A DNA stretch of 63,688 bases, filler included, from Globobulimina sp. (taxonomy: Eukaryota): assembly GCA_003354225.1 (NCBI GenBank). It is 48 parts of 48 records of this genome, joined end to end, with 100 filler letters (N's around TTAATTAATTAA, not from the genome) between each part and the next. Parts side by side here need not be neighbours in the genome. Positions count along the whole stretch, not along the records: positions 35,894 to 37,122 come from PIVH01020530.1; positions 37,223 to 38,451 come from PIVH01020531.1; positions 38,552 to 39,780 come from PIVH01020532.1; positions 39,881 to 41,109 come from PIVH01020533.1; positions 41,210 to 42,438 come from PIVH01020534.1; positions 42,539 to 43,767 come from PIVH01020535.1; positions 43,868 to 45,096 come from PIVH01020536.1; positions 45,197 to 46,424 come from PIVH01020537.1; 40 more parts are not named here. One strand, given 5' to 3'. Within the stretch, counting starts at the first letter, position 1; every line of letters begins with the position of its first letter. Shown piece by piece: positions 36,250 through 47,361 of the stretch. The notes below the pieces were generated by a model. That model ran no database searches. It was not told the DNA's origin and saw nothing but the letters and a program-made list of their open reading frames with translations. The position numbers were made by a program, and so were the translations under genes.

Positions 36250-37122
36250 TTATTCATTTCGTAAGGCAATAACCGGATCAACAGATGCAGCCTTTGCAGC
36301 AGGAAAAATTCCAAAAATGATACCCGTGGCTACGCTGATGATAAAGGGCATTAAGATTGTTCCTACGGTAATAACAGTCGGCATTCCAGAGATATGAGTG
36401 ATGATTGCAGGAACGGTGATACCAACGAGGATACCAATAATGCCACCACTGGTTGAAAGTACGATGGTTTCGATTAAAAACTGAATGATGATTTGATTCT
36501 TTCGGGCACCAATGGCCCGTCGAATACCGATTTCTTTAGTTCTCTCTGTAACCGATGCCAACATGATATTCATAATCCCGATTCCACCCACGAGAAGACT
36601 AATGCAGGCAATGGAGCCTAAAACAATGTTAAAGGTTCGTTTTGTTGCTTCGGCTTGCTTTAACAAAGCCAGGGGGATCTGGATGCTATAATCCTTTTGT
36701 TTGTGAAATCGTTTGAGCATATATGTAATGGCATTGGCTGTTTTCTCAACATTTTCCAATTTATCCACAGACACAATGATTTGGTGAAGTTCAACCATTT
36801 CACGCTCAGAAGATCCTGAGGTCCGCCGGAATGTAATGTCGCCAAAATAGTTTTTTGCTGTATTTAAAGGGATATACGCATCTACATTTTTATCTGGGAT
36901 TTGTAAGCCGGAATCTCCGGCTTCCTCACTTTTAATGATGCCGACAATTTTAAATGCATTGCCACCGATTCTCATGATTTTACCAATGGTATGATCGGTT
37001 GCCAAAAGTCGTCTGGCACCAAATTCGGTTAATACGGCAACCGGGGCACGGCCTTTTTCATCTGCAGATATCAAAATACGACCGGCAATAACATCTCTTT
37101 TAACCAGTTCAAACCAGCCGGG
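36250..37122 (-). CDS. MacB/FtsX-family ABC transporter permease (5' partial)
   Basis: ISLLVGGIGIMNIMLASVTERTKEIGIRRAIGA, QFLIE, FGIFPAAKAASVDPVIALRNE. Confidence 0.95.
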   Translation of the reverse strand, partial: PGWFELVKRDVIAGRILISADEKGRAPVAVLTEFGARRLLATDHTIGKIMRIGGNAFKIVGIIKSEEAGDSGLQIPDKNVDAYIPLNTAKNYFGDITFRRTSGSSEREMVELHQIIVSVDKLENVEKTANAITYMLKRFHKQKDYSIQIPLALLKQAEATKRTFNIVLGSIACISLLVGGIGIMNIMLASVTERTKEIGIRRAIGARKNQIIIQFLIETIVLSTSGGIIGILVGITVPAIITHISGMPTVITVGTILMPFIISVATGIIFGIFPAAKAASVDPVIALRNE

Positions 37123-37222
37123 NNNNNNNNNNNNNNNNNNNNNNNNNNNNNNNNNNNNNNNNNNNNTTAATTAATTAANNNNNNNNNNNNNNNNNNNNNN
37201 NNNNNNNNNNNNNNNNNNNNNN

Positions 37223-37440
37223 GTCACGTAAGTGCAAATCATGACTTCTTAATGTTGAAAAAAAAAGCATATGAAGTTGTCATTAGTCATGTGAATGCAA
37301 ATCATGACTTCATACTGCTCACTGAATAAAAAATGTTTAAATATAATAATTTCAGACGAAGTTGTCATTAGTCACGTAAGTGCAAATCATGACTTCATTC
37401 TGAACACGACTACCATGCCAAGTAAGTGCAAAAATGTCGT
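37223..37440 (+). repeat. 39 bp interspersed repeat, 3 copies plus a degenerate fourth
   Basis: gaagttgtcattagtcacgtaagtgcaaatcatgacttc at 37223 (partial), 37273 and 37358. Confidence 0.85.
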
Positions 37441-38082
37441 GAAAATAAAAAAAAAATGGTATTCTGTCATGGTGATATAAATGAGTTCGAATCTCATTCA
37501 GAATATTAGCTTCAAAATATTCGTAGTAAAAAAAAATTCCTCTAGGGTTTTAGGGGCTTGTCCCCTCCTAGGTTCTAGTTCCAACCTAATATTCTCTTGT
37601 TTTTTGTGTTGATATTGCTGCCATGATGTTGACTCTATCATCAAAAGATGTTTTTGTTCAAGCGACTTAAGGTGAAAAGCCCTATGATAGTATAGGATAA
37701 GGACAATTCCCTAACTATTTTGGGACCTTTTGACTTTGAGACCTTTAAGACATCTGGAACATTTAAAGTGTGAAAGTTTCAACTCTCGGGAAAATTTAAA
37801 AAAATTACAAAAAATTATCCGTGATGGTCAATTATTAAAAGTGAGATTTATGTGTTTTTGTGTTTGTGTTTTGTGTTTATGTGTTTTTGTGCACCGTTGA
37901 ATTTGCTAGCTGGCGCTCAATTGATATCATTGGACATATCGTGAGATGTAGGGCTACTCAAGAAAAAAAGTTGGAAGGTGTTCATTCCGGGAAAAAGTAA
38001 CTTTTCAAATTATAAAAAAAAAAGTCTGACATGGGAAAAAAGTATTAAAAGTGAGATTGGGTTCGAGGGCGTGAGCTAGATT

Positions 38083-38255
38083 TATATGGTGTAGTTCAAC
38101 TTCACCTGATATCAGTGATGGAAGGTCAATTATTATATATGGTGTAGTTTAGCTTCACCTCATATCAGTGATGGAAGGTCAATTATTATATATGGTGTAG
38201 TTCGGCTTCACCTCATATCAGTGATGGTCAATTATTATATATGGTGTAGTTCAAC
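38083..38255 (+). repeat. 53 bp minisatellite, ~3.3 copies
   Basis: tatatggtgtagtt...tcacct.atatcagtgatggaaggtcaattatta starting at 38083, 38136, 38189 and 38238. Confidence 0.95.
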
Positions 38256-38599
38256 CTGAAAAATGGTACCTTTTTTGCGGAACATAAGTGTGGAGCTTTT
38301 GTAGTTGTGAAACAGATTTGCGGCAAACTAAAAACTTTTCCGCAAAACTGTCTGTATGGTAACATTAAATGCCGAATGTCGAGCATGGAGCCAACATCGG
38401 TTCCGCTATTTGGTACAGTTGAACCACCACGGTGTTGTCCTCACTATCCTANNNNNNNNNNNNNNNNNNNNNNNNNNNNNNNNNNNNNNNNNNNNTTAAT
38501 TAATTAANNNNNNNNNNNNNNNNNNNNNNNNNNNNNNNNNNNNNNNNNNNNCGACGCACCCGTCCGCCACCGCGACCACGTCCACCCCTGGGCAGACGG

Positions 38600-38875
38600 C
38601 GGTGCCACCACCGTGGACAACATCTCAAGGACTTCAACCACTGAATAAATATTGAGTGGATCTTCCGGAACATCCAGGAGCATCAAAACGCCTACACAAG
38701 AGCCCCCGACCTTAAGCGGAACGGCAATAGATATGCCACAGTCAAGTGCGGTGAGGACTTTTTCCGCCTCGCTATCACCTTTTTTCGGGTCCCACATTTT
38801 AGTACATTCCATATTATGGGCAATTTCGATCAAACGATCATCTTTAATGATTTCATGATTTACGCCTTTCTTCAA
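38600..38875 (-). CDS. Bacterial GAF-like domain fragment (chimeric piece)
   Basis: SIAVPLKVGGSCVGVLMLLD. Confidence 0.5.
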
Positions 38876-38888
38876 AAAGATAGAAATT

Positions 38889-39780
38889 GTGAGTGTACAA
38901 ATCTGTTGGATGGAAAGTTTAGAATTTGTAGAATCGAGATATCATTTCCTTCTCCCTTTACATTTCGCGAATGGTATATTACCAAATAACCGCAATACAA
39001 ATAATATAAATATAAACTGTAGTATCAATTGTTTAATACCGGGCATTCAATATGGCTCAACAACGCATGACTTAGTTTTAACGCAACAAGAAAATCTAAA
39101 GTGTAAATTGAGTGCACAGCCAAAACAATTAACAGATAACAGAGATTTTCATTTGTTTTATTCTGTGCAAACAAACGCCATTTCAGCTGCATTATTATGT
39201 GACACAGGCAGTGAGTATGAATATGACGCATTGAAATCATTGGTAGTTAGTATTAATCCGCCAACTAAAATCAATGGTATTTTTCAAAGAGATATAATTT
39301 TTTTATTAGATAGATCCGGATCAATGACTGGCAAACCATTTGCTGACGCCGTCCGCGGTTTAATTTTTGCCTTAAATACATTAACCCAACACGATAGATT
39401 CTGTATTGTTGCATTTGATCATCAACACATTGTGTTTGATCCAACAGTGCAAAATAATGCTTTTGGGAATAACAATTTTCAATTATTTCAAGCATTTCCA
39501 AGCACAGTACAACAAGCAATACATTTCTTAAACAATATGACAGTGCGAGGCACCACAGATATTAAAACCCCATTAATGCAATCAATCAATTATTTGAATA
39601 ATAATGTATCAAATAACAATATTCCATTTATAGTGTTGTTGACTGATGGCGCAGTGGAGAACGAGAAGGAGATTGTTGAGCAACTTTCGACTTTAAATAA
39701 TAACAAAACTCGCGTATTGACATTTGGCATTGGTCGATATTGTAATGAATATTTTTTGAAAATGTTGTCACTAACAACAC
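38889..39780 (+). CDS. VIT-vWA (inter-alpha-trypsin inhibitor heavy chain-like) protein, partial
   Basis: NRDFHL, IIFLLDRSGSM (MIDAS), GTTDI, VLLTDGAV, TFGIG. Confidence 0.92.
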
Positions 39781-39880
39781 NNNNNNNNNNNNNNNNNNNN
39801 NNNNNNNNNNNNNNNNNNNNNNNNTTAATTAATTAANNNNNNNNNNNNNNNNNNNNNNNNNNNNNNNNNNNNNNNNNNNN

Positions 39881-40161
39881 CCTATAAACTTTCCGCCGTT
39901 ATTTATTGTGAATCCAACATTTGCAGAGATTTCTTTCCAGAGGATGCCTAACAAACTAGCCAATGGTATTCCAATTACAGTGATGCATAGTAGAAAAATT
40001 ATTAGAAATGGTCTTCGTTCATCTTTGTGTAATAGCTTAATAGTTGAAAAGGATTTGGGAAAGTTATAGGTTGAACCGTTAATTTCCATTAAATCTCCTT
40101 TAAACACATCTGCTACAATTCTGCCATTAGCGCCTGAAAAATCACCTTCTAAAACTTTCAT
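39881..40161 (-). CDS. Bacterial hypothetical membrane protein (3' partial)
   Basis: GAGGA RBS; hydrophobic hairpin FLIIFLLCITVIGIPLASLLGILW. Confidence 0.6.
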
Positions 40162-40298
40162 TTATTATCCTCATGATTTACATCTATATACTGGGTATCT
40201 GGATTAATATTCCATATTTTATTTTAAGACTTTTTCTCCATATTTTTAAAATTAAAAAATAAGAAAACGAATGTTCATCATATAATTACTAAATAATT

Positions 40299-40643
40299 TT
40301 ATTTAAGCCAACCCATTGAAATCATGCAGGCTGCGGCTATCTCAGATGAGCTCATATAATCATATCCTTGTCCAGCAGTAGTTTGTTTAAGACAATTAAC
40401 CAAACTTAGTGCAAATGGTTTTAAAGTATCCATAGTGCCACTTTTTAAAACTTTCTCTTTGATTTTTGGGCATTTAAGCGCCCAATCGGCAGCAGTTGAT
40501 ATTTGATTAGGCTTAGATGCCTGTTTCCATTGTTTTACGGATGAATTATGGAGATTCCCATTTGAATACCAAGCACAATTAGCAGAAGCTACCAAAGTAA
40601 AAGTTAGCAGCCCAATAATAAAACACCAACGATATATTTTCAT
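40299..40643 (-). CDS. Bacterial small secreted protein
   Basis: GGGAGG RBS; signal peptide MKIYRWCFIIGLLTFTLVASANCA. Confidence 0.7.
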   Translation of the reverse strand: MKIYRWCFIIGLLTFTLVASANCAWYSNGNLHNSSVKQWKQASKPNQISTAADWALKCPKIKEKVLKSGTMDTLKPFALSLVNCLKQTTAGQGYDYMSSSEIAAACMISMGWLK

Positions 40644-40719
40644 ATCAGCAAGCCTCCCATTTCTGTTTATAGGACGTAAAAAATATATAAAATACATGTT
40701 GTAGATAGATTATTCTATA

Positions 40720-40756
40720 TGTCAGGCAGAAAGTAAACTGAAAATTATGCCTGACA
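40720..40756. promoter_or_regulatory. Inverted repeat, candidate operator between the divergent genes
   Basis: tgtcaggca-N19-tgcctgaca upstream of the XRE gene. Confidence 0.55.
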
Positions 40757-40809
40757 GACTGTTCTAATGCTCTTTTTATTTTGAAATATTATGATAAAAG
40801 GGGACACTA

Positions 40810-41109
40810 ATGGATACAAAGCAGTTGGTCGGTCTACGAATTAAAAAGATTCGCAATTATAAAAGACTCACTCAAGAAAAACTTGCGGAGCTGGCGGGCA
40901 TAAACCCAAAATATTTAAGTAGTATTGAAAGAGGCAAAGAAAATCCTACATTGGATATTGTATTAAAATTAGCTAAATCCTTGGACGTATCCTCAGGAGA
41001 TATTTTTGAAAGCCCTGATATCAATGATCCAGAAAAAATAAAATTCATGGTAGACACTCTCATAAAAAGAGCTGATGAAGAACAATTGAGAATTATTTAT
41101 CAAATTCTG
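40810..41109 (+). CDS. XRE/Cro-C1 HTH transcriptional regulator (3' partial)
   Basis: GLRIKKIR...LTQEKLAELAGINPKYLSSIERGKENPTL. Confidence 0.95.
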
Positions 41110-41902
41110 NNNNNNNNNNNNNNNNNNNNNNNNNNNNNNNNNNNNNNNNNNNNTTAATTAATTAANNNNNNNNNNNNNNNNNNNNNNNNNNNNNNNNNNN
41201 NNNNNNNNNGAATTGTAGCGTTTGAAATGATCCATGGCAGAAATTCACCCAAATCAGGTAATATTGATCGGAGCAAAGGTAAATTAGTCCCATTTAATAT
41301 ATGGGAAAGCAAAGCAGCGACAAACATTTTCCTCAAAAAGTAAACAACAACATCCAAATAATCAAGTTTCTCAATAAATGATGAATTTATAACTCCACTT
41401 CGTGACAACAAAAAGATAGAAACACTTAAACAAATTTAAGTTCACACACACACACAGGGACAGACGGGAAGGTAATTATCTGTATATTATTTATTCAGAT
41501 AATCAAGTCGGAGAAACAAAGTTTCTGACGCTTTGTTTCTTCAGATTTCAATTCGGAGAACAAAAATATATTTATTTTATTCTTCGGATTTCACCCGAAA
41601 GAGTCAGAGCAAACACTTTGTGAAATGTGTGGTCGAGAGCAGAGTTCAATTCTCTGCCGTTTCTATCCAAGTATTCTATCCTAAGCTAAATAAATAAATC
41701 TAAATTATTTTAATATATGTGATATTGCAGGTTTCCTGTAATCATCACGGTATTGAATATAATGACTGTTTTATATTGATTTCCTTGTTACTTCAGTTTT
41801 CATTTAAGTCCAAAAACTGCAAACTAGCTTACGAATACTGACACCGTCAAAACTAACTAAACCGTCAAAAGCCAATTCAGTCAACAAACGGGATTAGAAT
41901 AT

Positions 41903-42438
41903 ATGGCAGAAGCTGCCACACACAAATTCGTAAATGGCACGAACGTACCACAAGATGTCTATAATTATCCGAATGAGACTGTATTCGGTCACACAGTCAT
42001 AACGAAAAAGATTAAGACAGCAGCAAATAAAGGACATTTATCAAATGATACCGTCGCTGCTATAGCGGCGATGATAAAAACGTTTCTCATCAACCCATAT
42101 GGAAATAGCAAGGGAATTGATTGCGACCTTCAAGACATGGCCGATGCATTCAAACGAGCCACAAATTATGAAGAAGCACACCCCGATCATGTATTCCCTG
42201 ACCACAACGATTTAGTCCAATTAACAGAAAATGATGTTTGGTTCACAGAGTCGGTGCCAGTACGACGACAAACTAAATGGGATGAGAGGAAAACTGAGTT
42301 TAATACTGATGCGATTATCAACGCATGGAAATTCCCAGAACCTCCATCCGCTGAACCCTTAATTGATCCAAGAGATGAAGCATCATCAACTGATGCAGAA
42401 GAAATCGATGGGCGAATCGATGAGGAAATCGAGATAGA
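41903..42438 (+). CDS. Intronless hypothetical protein (possibly ORF1 of a mobile element)
   Basis: ORF after a long structured leader. Confidence 0.5.
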
Positions 42439-42538
42439 NNNNNNNNNNNNNNNNNNNNNNNNNNNNNNNNNNNNNNNNNNNNTTAATTAATTAANNNNNN
42501 NNNNNNNNNNNNNNNNNNNNNNNNNNNNNNNNNNNNNN

Positions 42539-43537
42539 AAAGAGAATAAAAAAAAGAAAACAAAGAAATACGCCGGGCAGTGCATCGCCGATAATTATGG
42601 TTTTTGTCTTATCTGTTTAGAAAAATCCATTTTGCAGTTTAAATCGCCCAAATATGTGATTGAGACATTAATCCATCAAATGATTCATAGCTACATCTTA
42701 ACCAAACATGGCGCAAAATCATTTGCAGCAAAACAGAAACAAGAAACCATTGGACACTCCGCCGAATTTAAGCAAATAATGATGCAAATCAATAAGAAAT
42801 CGCATCCATTCATCAAATTAACACTTAATAATAAGCAATGTAAACAAAATGATGATTATCCTTCGGAAATCATTCCAAATCAGTTGTATTTAGGCAATAT
42901 TCATCACGCCCTCAACCTACAGACTTTAAAAGGTTTAAAAATATCGCATGTGGTCAACTGTACGCAATCCATAATAGATAAATTTGAGGACGCCGGCATT
43001 ATTTATTGCAGAGTGCCGGTGAATGACAAAACCTCTGTGTCCATTTTGCCATATTTTGTGAAAGCAATTCGATTTATTGAGGCTGTGCGAGACAAGAATA
43101 GCAATAATAAGATATTAATACATTGTCATGCGGGCATATCGCGTTCGGCCACCATAACCATCGCATATTTGATGTATTCGTGGAAGTTAACTATGTTCGA
43201 CGCGATAACCCACGTTCAATCCAAGCGGTATATAATTCAACCAAACCAAGGCTTCAAGAACCAATTATTAGACTTTTATTTGTATTTGGAAGAGAATGAA
43301 GGCAATTTAGACGATTTTGAGAAAAAAAATCAAATAAAAACGAAAAATCAAATAAAAACTTCGTGTCCATTGCCGATATGTATTGGACAGAATGATGAGA
43401 ATCAAAATAAAAATATCAATGGAAACAAGTCAAACCAGAAAGAAAAGGATAAGGAATATGTTGCATGTCCTGTTTGCGATAAGTTTTTTACCACAAAATA
43501 TATCAATAAACATTTGGATGAATGTGTTTCGCATTAA
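42539..43537 (+). CDS. SprT/Spartan-like domain + dual-specificity phosphatase + UBZ4 zinc finger fusion (5' partial)
   Basis: YAGQC...FCLICL...ETLIHQMIHSY...GHSAEF...INK; LYLGN, VPVND, IHCHAGISRSAT, IQPNQGF; CPVC...INKHLDEC. Confidence 0.88.
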   Translation, partial: KENKKKKTKKYAGQCIADNYGFCLICLEKSILQFKSPKYVIETLIHQMIHSYILTKHGAKSFAAKQKQETIGHSAEFKQIMMQINKKSHPFIKLTLNNKQCKQNDDYPSEIIPNQLYLGNIHHALNLQTLKGLKISHVVNCTQSIIDKFEDAGIIYCRVPVNDKTSVSILPYFVKAIRFIEAVRDKNSNNKILIHCHAGISRSATITIAYLMYSWKLTMFDAITHVQSKRYIIQPNQGFKNQLLDFYLYLEENEGNLDDFEKKNQIKTKNQIKTSCPLPICIGQNDENQNKNINGNKSNQKEKDKEYVACPVCDKFFTTKYINKHLDECVSH

Positions 43538-43867
43538 ATTATATATATTTTGTACTAGTACTTTTCATTTATTTTTTATTATTTGTTGATTAATTAATAT
43601 TATTTTATCATTTTTAAGTATCAAGTTATTTCGTTGTAAACTTTTTCCCCTCAATGTACTTTCTATTCATCTGTAAGTTAACGTTATACATTATTTTGTT
43701 AAATTACACCTTTTTTCGTTTGTTTACTTCGAGTTATTTTCTCTTTTTTTTTTGATGCTAATTTAAANNNNNNNNNNNNNNNNNNNNNNNNNNNNNNNNN
43801 NNNNNNNNNNNTTAATTAATTAANNNNNNNNNNNNNNNNNNNNNNNNNNNNNNNNNNNNNNNNNNNN

Positions 43868-45096
43868 TAAATTACAATTAAATGTCAACAGCAACAGAAT
43901 TAGAGGACGAGATATGTGATTTGGTCGATAATTTAGGCTCAGAGAAACCATTTCCAAAACAAAAAAGAAGAACATCATATCCAAATTCTTCACTATCTGT
44001 ATCCGTATCTTCATCAATATCATACACAAACGATTCAGTATCATCATCACTAACTCAATTAACACCATCTGAATTGACAATTATTGTTACAAATATATTT
44101 GAAAATAATGAATCATTTCTAAAATTTAAATCAGAGATAGGTTTAATACAAAATGAATTTGTTGAACAAAAGATATGCGGTGAATATTTAACTACATATA
44201 CACGACCTGCATTTTGTAAAAAATTAGTAAATATAAAAAAAGGAATTTCAGCAAAAATATATAAACAATTAAAATCGATGAGTGATTTTGAAATACAACA
44301 AATATTAAATATAAATGCGCATAATGTTGGAGTGGGAGGATCAGAGTCCAGTCACTCTGGGGAATCAAAAACGAATTCAGATGGAAATGATATGAAAACA
44401 CAAATACGTATACCGTCGGATATTAATCATATTGCCAAATTACCCAAATATTGCAGCCCCATTGGCCTCATTAATAAAAAAAATATAGAAAATTATGATA
44501 AAAATGAATTCATTACATATTCTTATTTAATACTTACAAAAAATAAATATAACAAACTGGATATTGATACTTTAATGAATGGATTAATTAAATTAGAATT
44601 GACAGCAAAAGCATTCACTTGTACTAAACGTAAAGATTTTTGTAAAAGCTTAAAGAAATATGATATTTTAGCAGCAAAAGCAGCAAAAATTTATACATTA
44701 ATTCAAAAATCAATACAAGAAAATATAAAATTTGATAATTTAAAATTTAGCAATAATAATAATAGCAAGACATTAAATTGCACGGAAATTTCATTGATTG
44801 CAGTTACAGATTTTACAGTTTGTGCTCATAAAATGATAAAATCAATGAATGAATCAATGAAATTAAATAATGTGAGCGGTAAATCCATGGTTCAATGTTA
44901 TTTAAAAAAACACGATTTAGAGAAATATGTGGAGACAAATGTCAGACGCAGATCAGCAATGTATTTAACTGATATGTTATGGACTGATCACAAAAATGAT
45001 GAAAATAAATTATTTGTTATTAATGAATATGACAGAAAGAAACTATTAAAATATTTTATATCGTTATATATGAGTTATATAAAAAATGTTATTATT
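43868..45096 (+). CDS. Hypothetical protein with two SAM-like helical repeats
   Basis: TRPAFCKKL..KKGISAKIYKQL and KRKDFCKSL..LAAKAAKIYTLI. Confidence 0.55.
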
Positions 45097-45197
45097 NNNN
45101 NNNNNNNNNNNNNNNNNNNNNNNNNNNNNNNNNNNNNNNNTTAATTAATTAANNNNNNNNNNNNNNNNNNNNNNNNNNNNNNNNNNNNNNNNNNNNC

Positions 45198-45545
45198 CGT
45201 TTGACGCGGAACATTATTAGTGTTCGATCTAAAAATGTTTGAGTCATTTTCGTTACCTTTTCAAAAATAACTAAAATTATCGATTTTTAATCGATTTTTA
45301 TCGATAATCGAACAATAATTTAAATCAAATTTTGACCGCGTTTGACTCGGAACATTATTAGTTTTCGATCTAAAAAGGTTTGAACCATTTTCGTTAACTT
45401 TTCAAAAATAACTAAAATTATCGATTTTTAATCGATTTTTATCAATAATCGAACAATAATTTAAATCTAATTTTGTTCGCGTTTGACTCGGAACGTTATT
45501 AGCTGTCGATTAAAAAAAAATTGAATGATTTTTGTTTACCTTTTG
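45198..45545 (+). repeat. 141 bp tandem satellite, ~2.5 copies
   Basis: Units starting cgtttgac at 45198, 45339 and 45480. Confidence 0.95.
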
Positions 45546-46091
45546 AATACATTGAAAATTAATTATTTAAATAATTAATTATAGAGACTTTTTTTTAAAA
45601 ATCCGAGGGCGCTACACCCAATCATTTTCGATAAGCTATCCAACGAGCCATCAACCATCCCGATCCGACTGGTAGTTTTCTCAAACACTCGTGTGAACCA
45701 CACACACATAAACAAACAACCCCCAGTTGTAGAAGTAGATACATAAAAGCAACAAAACAATTATATTTGTTTGATAACGACATTTTATCAACAAGAAGCA
45801 ACGTGACAAAAGACCAGAATAAAATAAAATAAAGGAGATCACGAAACATGGGAATGTATGACATCATAATACAAAATAAACAAAAACAACAACAGTAACA
45901 TACATATAATAGACTAGAAACTATGGTATATACATAATAGATTTTGTCAATTATTGCATGCTTAAACAATGTTCAATTCACCCATTTTTCATGTATAGAA
46001 AGTCCAACCGGTCAAAAAAATCTGGAGTACAATAGGTAATGTAACCAGTGAGTTGTCGCCATTGGTTTATCACTTCCTAAAAAGGAAATTA

Positions 46092-46302
46092 CTACCAATG
46101 GTTTAAAATGATATTTCGGTTATGAAAACTAACCTGATTGGGATTCGTTGTGATTTCTTTTCCTGAGGTTAAATAGGAAGCATATGCCAAACAAAAGACA
46201 CCAAAGTCGTTGCCACCCTTTTGCTGGGGAACATCAGCTACTAATTGTTCGTATTGTACTTCTTCATCCAAATCTTTTTGTGCTATTTCCATAAACATAC
46301 TG
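46092..46302 (-). pseudogene. Ulp1/C48 SUMO-peptidase fragment lacking the catalytic Cys
   Basis: VPQQKGGNDFGVFCLAYA versus consensus PQQxNGxDCGVF. Confidence 0.65.
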
Positions 46303-46338
46303 AAAAAGGTACATTATACAGTGCAGTCTATACTGGAG

Positions 46339-46392
46339 TATAAGTATAAGTATAAGTATAAGTATAAGTATAAGTATAAGTATAAGTATAAG
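46339..46392 (+). repeat. (TATAAG)n hexamer microsatellite
   Basis: Direct reading. Confidence 0.95.
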
Positions 46393-46911
46393 TCTATTGT
46401 CATTTCCATCTATGGGATATGCTTNNNNNNNNNNNNNNNNNNNNNNNNNNNNNNNNNNNNNNNNNNNNTTAATTAATTAANNNNNNNNNNNNNNNNNNNN
46501 NNNNNNNNNNNNNNNNNNNNNNNNATGCGCCTTGAGTTCGAGTGCTTGGAGCCTATGATGTCATGGAGTGTATATGATCTCTAAAGGGGTTTGTTCAGAG
46601 ACAGTGATCAATTCATCTTTGCGTCATGGATTGATTTGAATATAATTAATAATTAAACCAAACATATAAATCATAAATTCTTTTAGTATGGATAAATTCC
46701 AAAGGTCTAATGGGTGGCTTCTCTGTTGGTTTTAGAATGAATTGCTGATCCAATTGTTTTTTATATTTTGTTTTTTCTGTTCAATTATATAAGATGAGCA
46801 CGCCAAAACAATTAATTTTAAACTGTATGATTTATTTTAATATATAATTTCAAATCCGATCATTATCCATAAATTTTACTTCTGAACTAAAAAACGTCGC
46901 GTTCAACAATC

Positions 46912-47361
46912 ATGATCTACGGCTTTTATCTCTACAGTAGAACAGGAGTATGCTTGTATCATTTGGAATTGGTAAAATATAAAGGATTATCATCACCAGA
47001 AGAACACAAAAGATTTTTATTTGGGTTATTGCGAACATTGAGAAATTTTGCTCACTTTGTGTCTCATGAACCAAAAGATAATATTGTTCGAGTTGTAACG
47101 ACCACATCATTTCGATTGCATGTTTATATGACAGCCACTGGCTTTCGATTTGCTATTCTATCCTCATTGGAAACTCCCCGCTTAGATCAAACATTATCAT
47201 ATTTATATCAATTGTATGTGGAATACGTTGCAAAAAACCCACTATACATTGTTGGTCACGCTGTAAACTGTGATCGCTATCATAAAGAAGTCAAAAGGCA
47301 TCTCACCGGCGAGGTTTATAATTTTAATTCAACAAAATATTCCTCTTCAAAACCAATCTAA
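46912..47361 (+). CDS. TRAPPC1: TRAPP complex subunit 1 (Bet5, sybindin-like longin)
   Basis: MIYGFYLYSRTGVCLY, LFGLLRTLRNF, FRLHVYMTATGFRF, LYVEYVAKNPL. Confidence 0.88.
   Translation: MIYGFYLYSRTGVCLYHLELVKYKGLSSPEEHKRFLFGLLRTLRNFAHFVSHEPKDNIVRVVTTTSFRLHVYMTATGFRFAILSSLETPRLDQTLSYLYQLYVEYVAKNPLYIVGHAVNCDRYHKEVKRHLTGEVYNFNSTKYSSSKPI

Noticed and set aside
37223-37440. CRISPR array call
   Set aside because: Only three copies, spacers of 24 and 46 nt, no cas gene, eukaryote-like context
37541-37560. Telomere-like tagggttttagggg
   Set aside because: Only two imperfect units, internal to the contig
38083-38255. CRISPR-like repeat
   Set aside because: Pure tandem minisatellite without unique spacers
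46210-46476. ORF with a KY repeat
   Set aside because: Translation of the (TATAAG)n microsatellite
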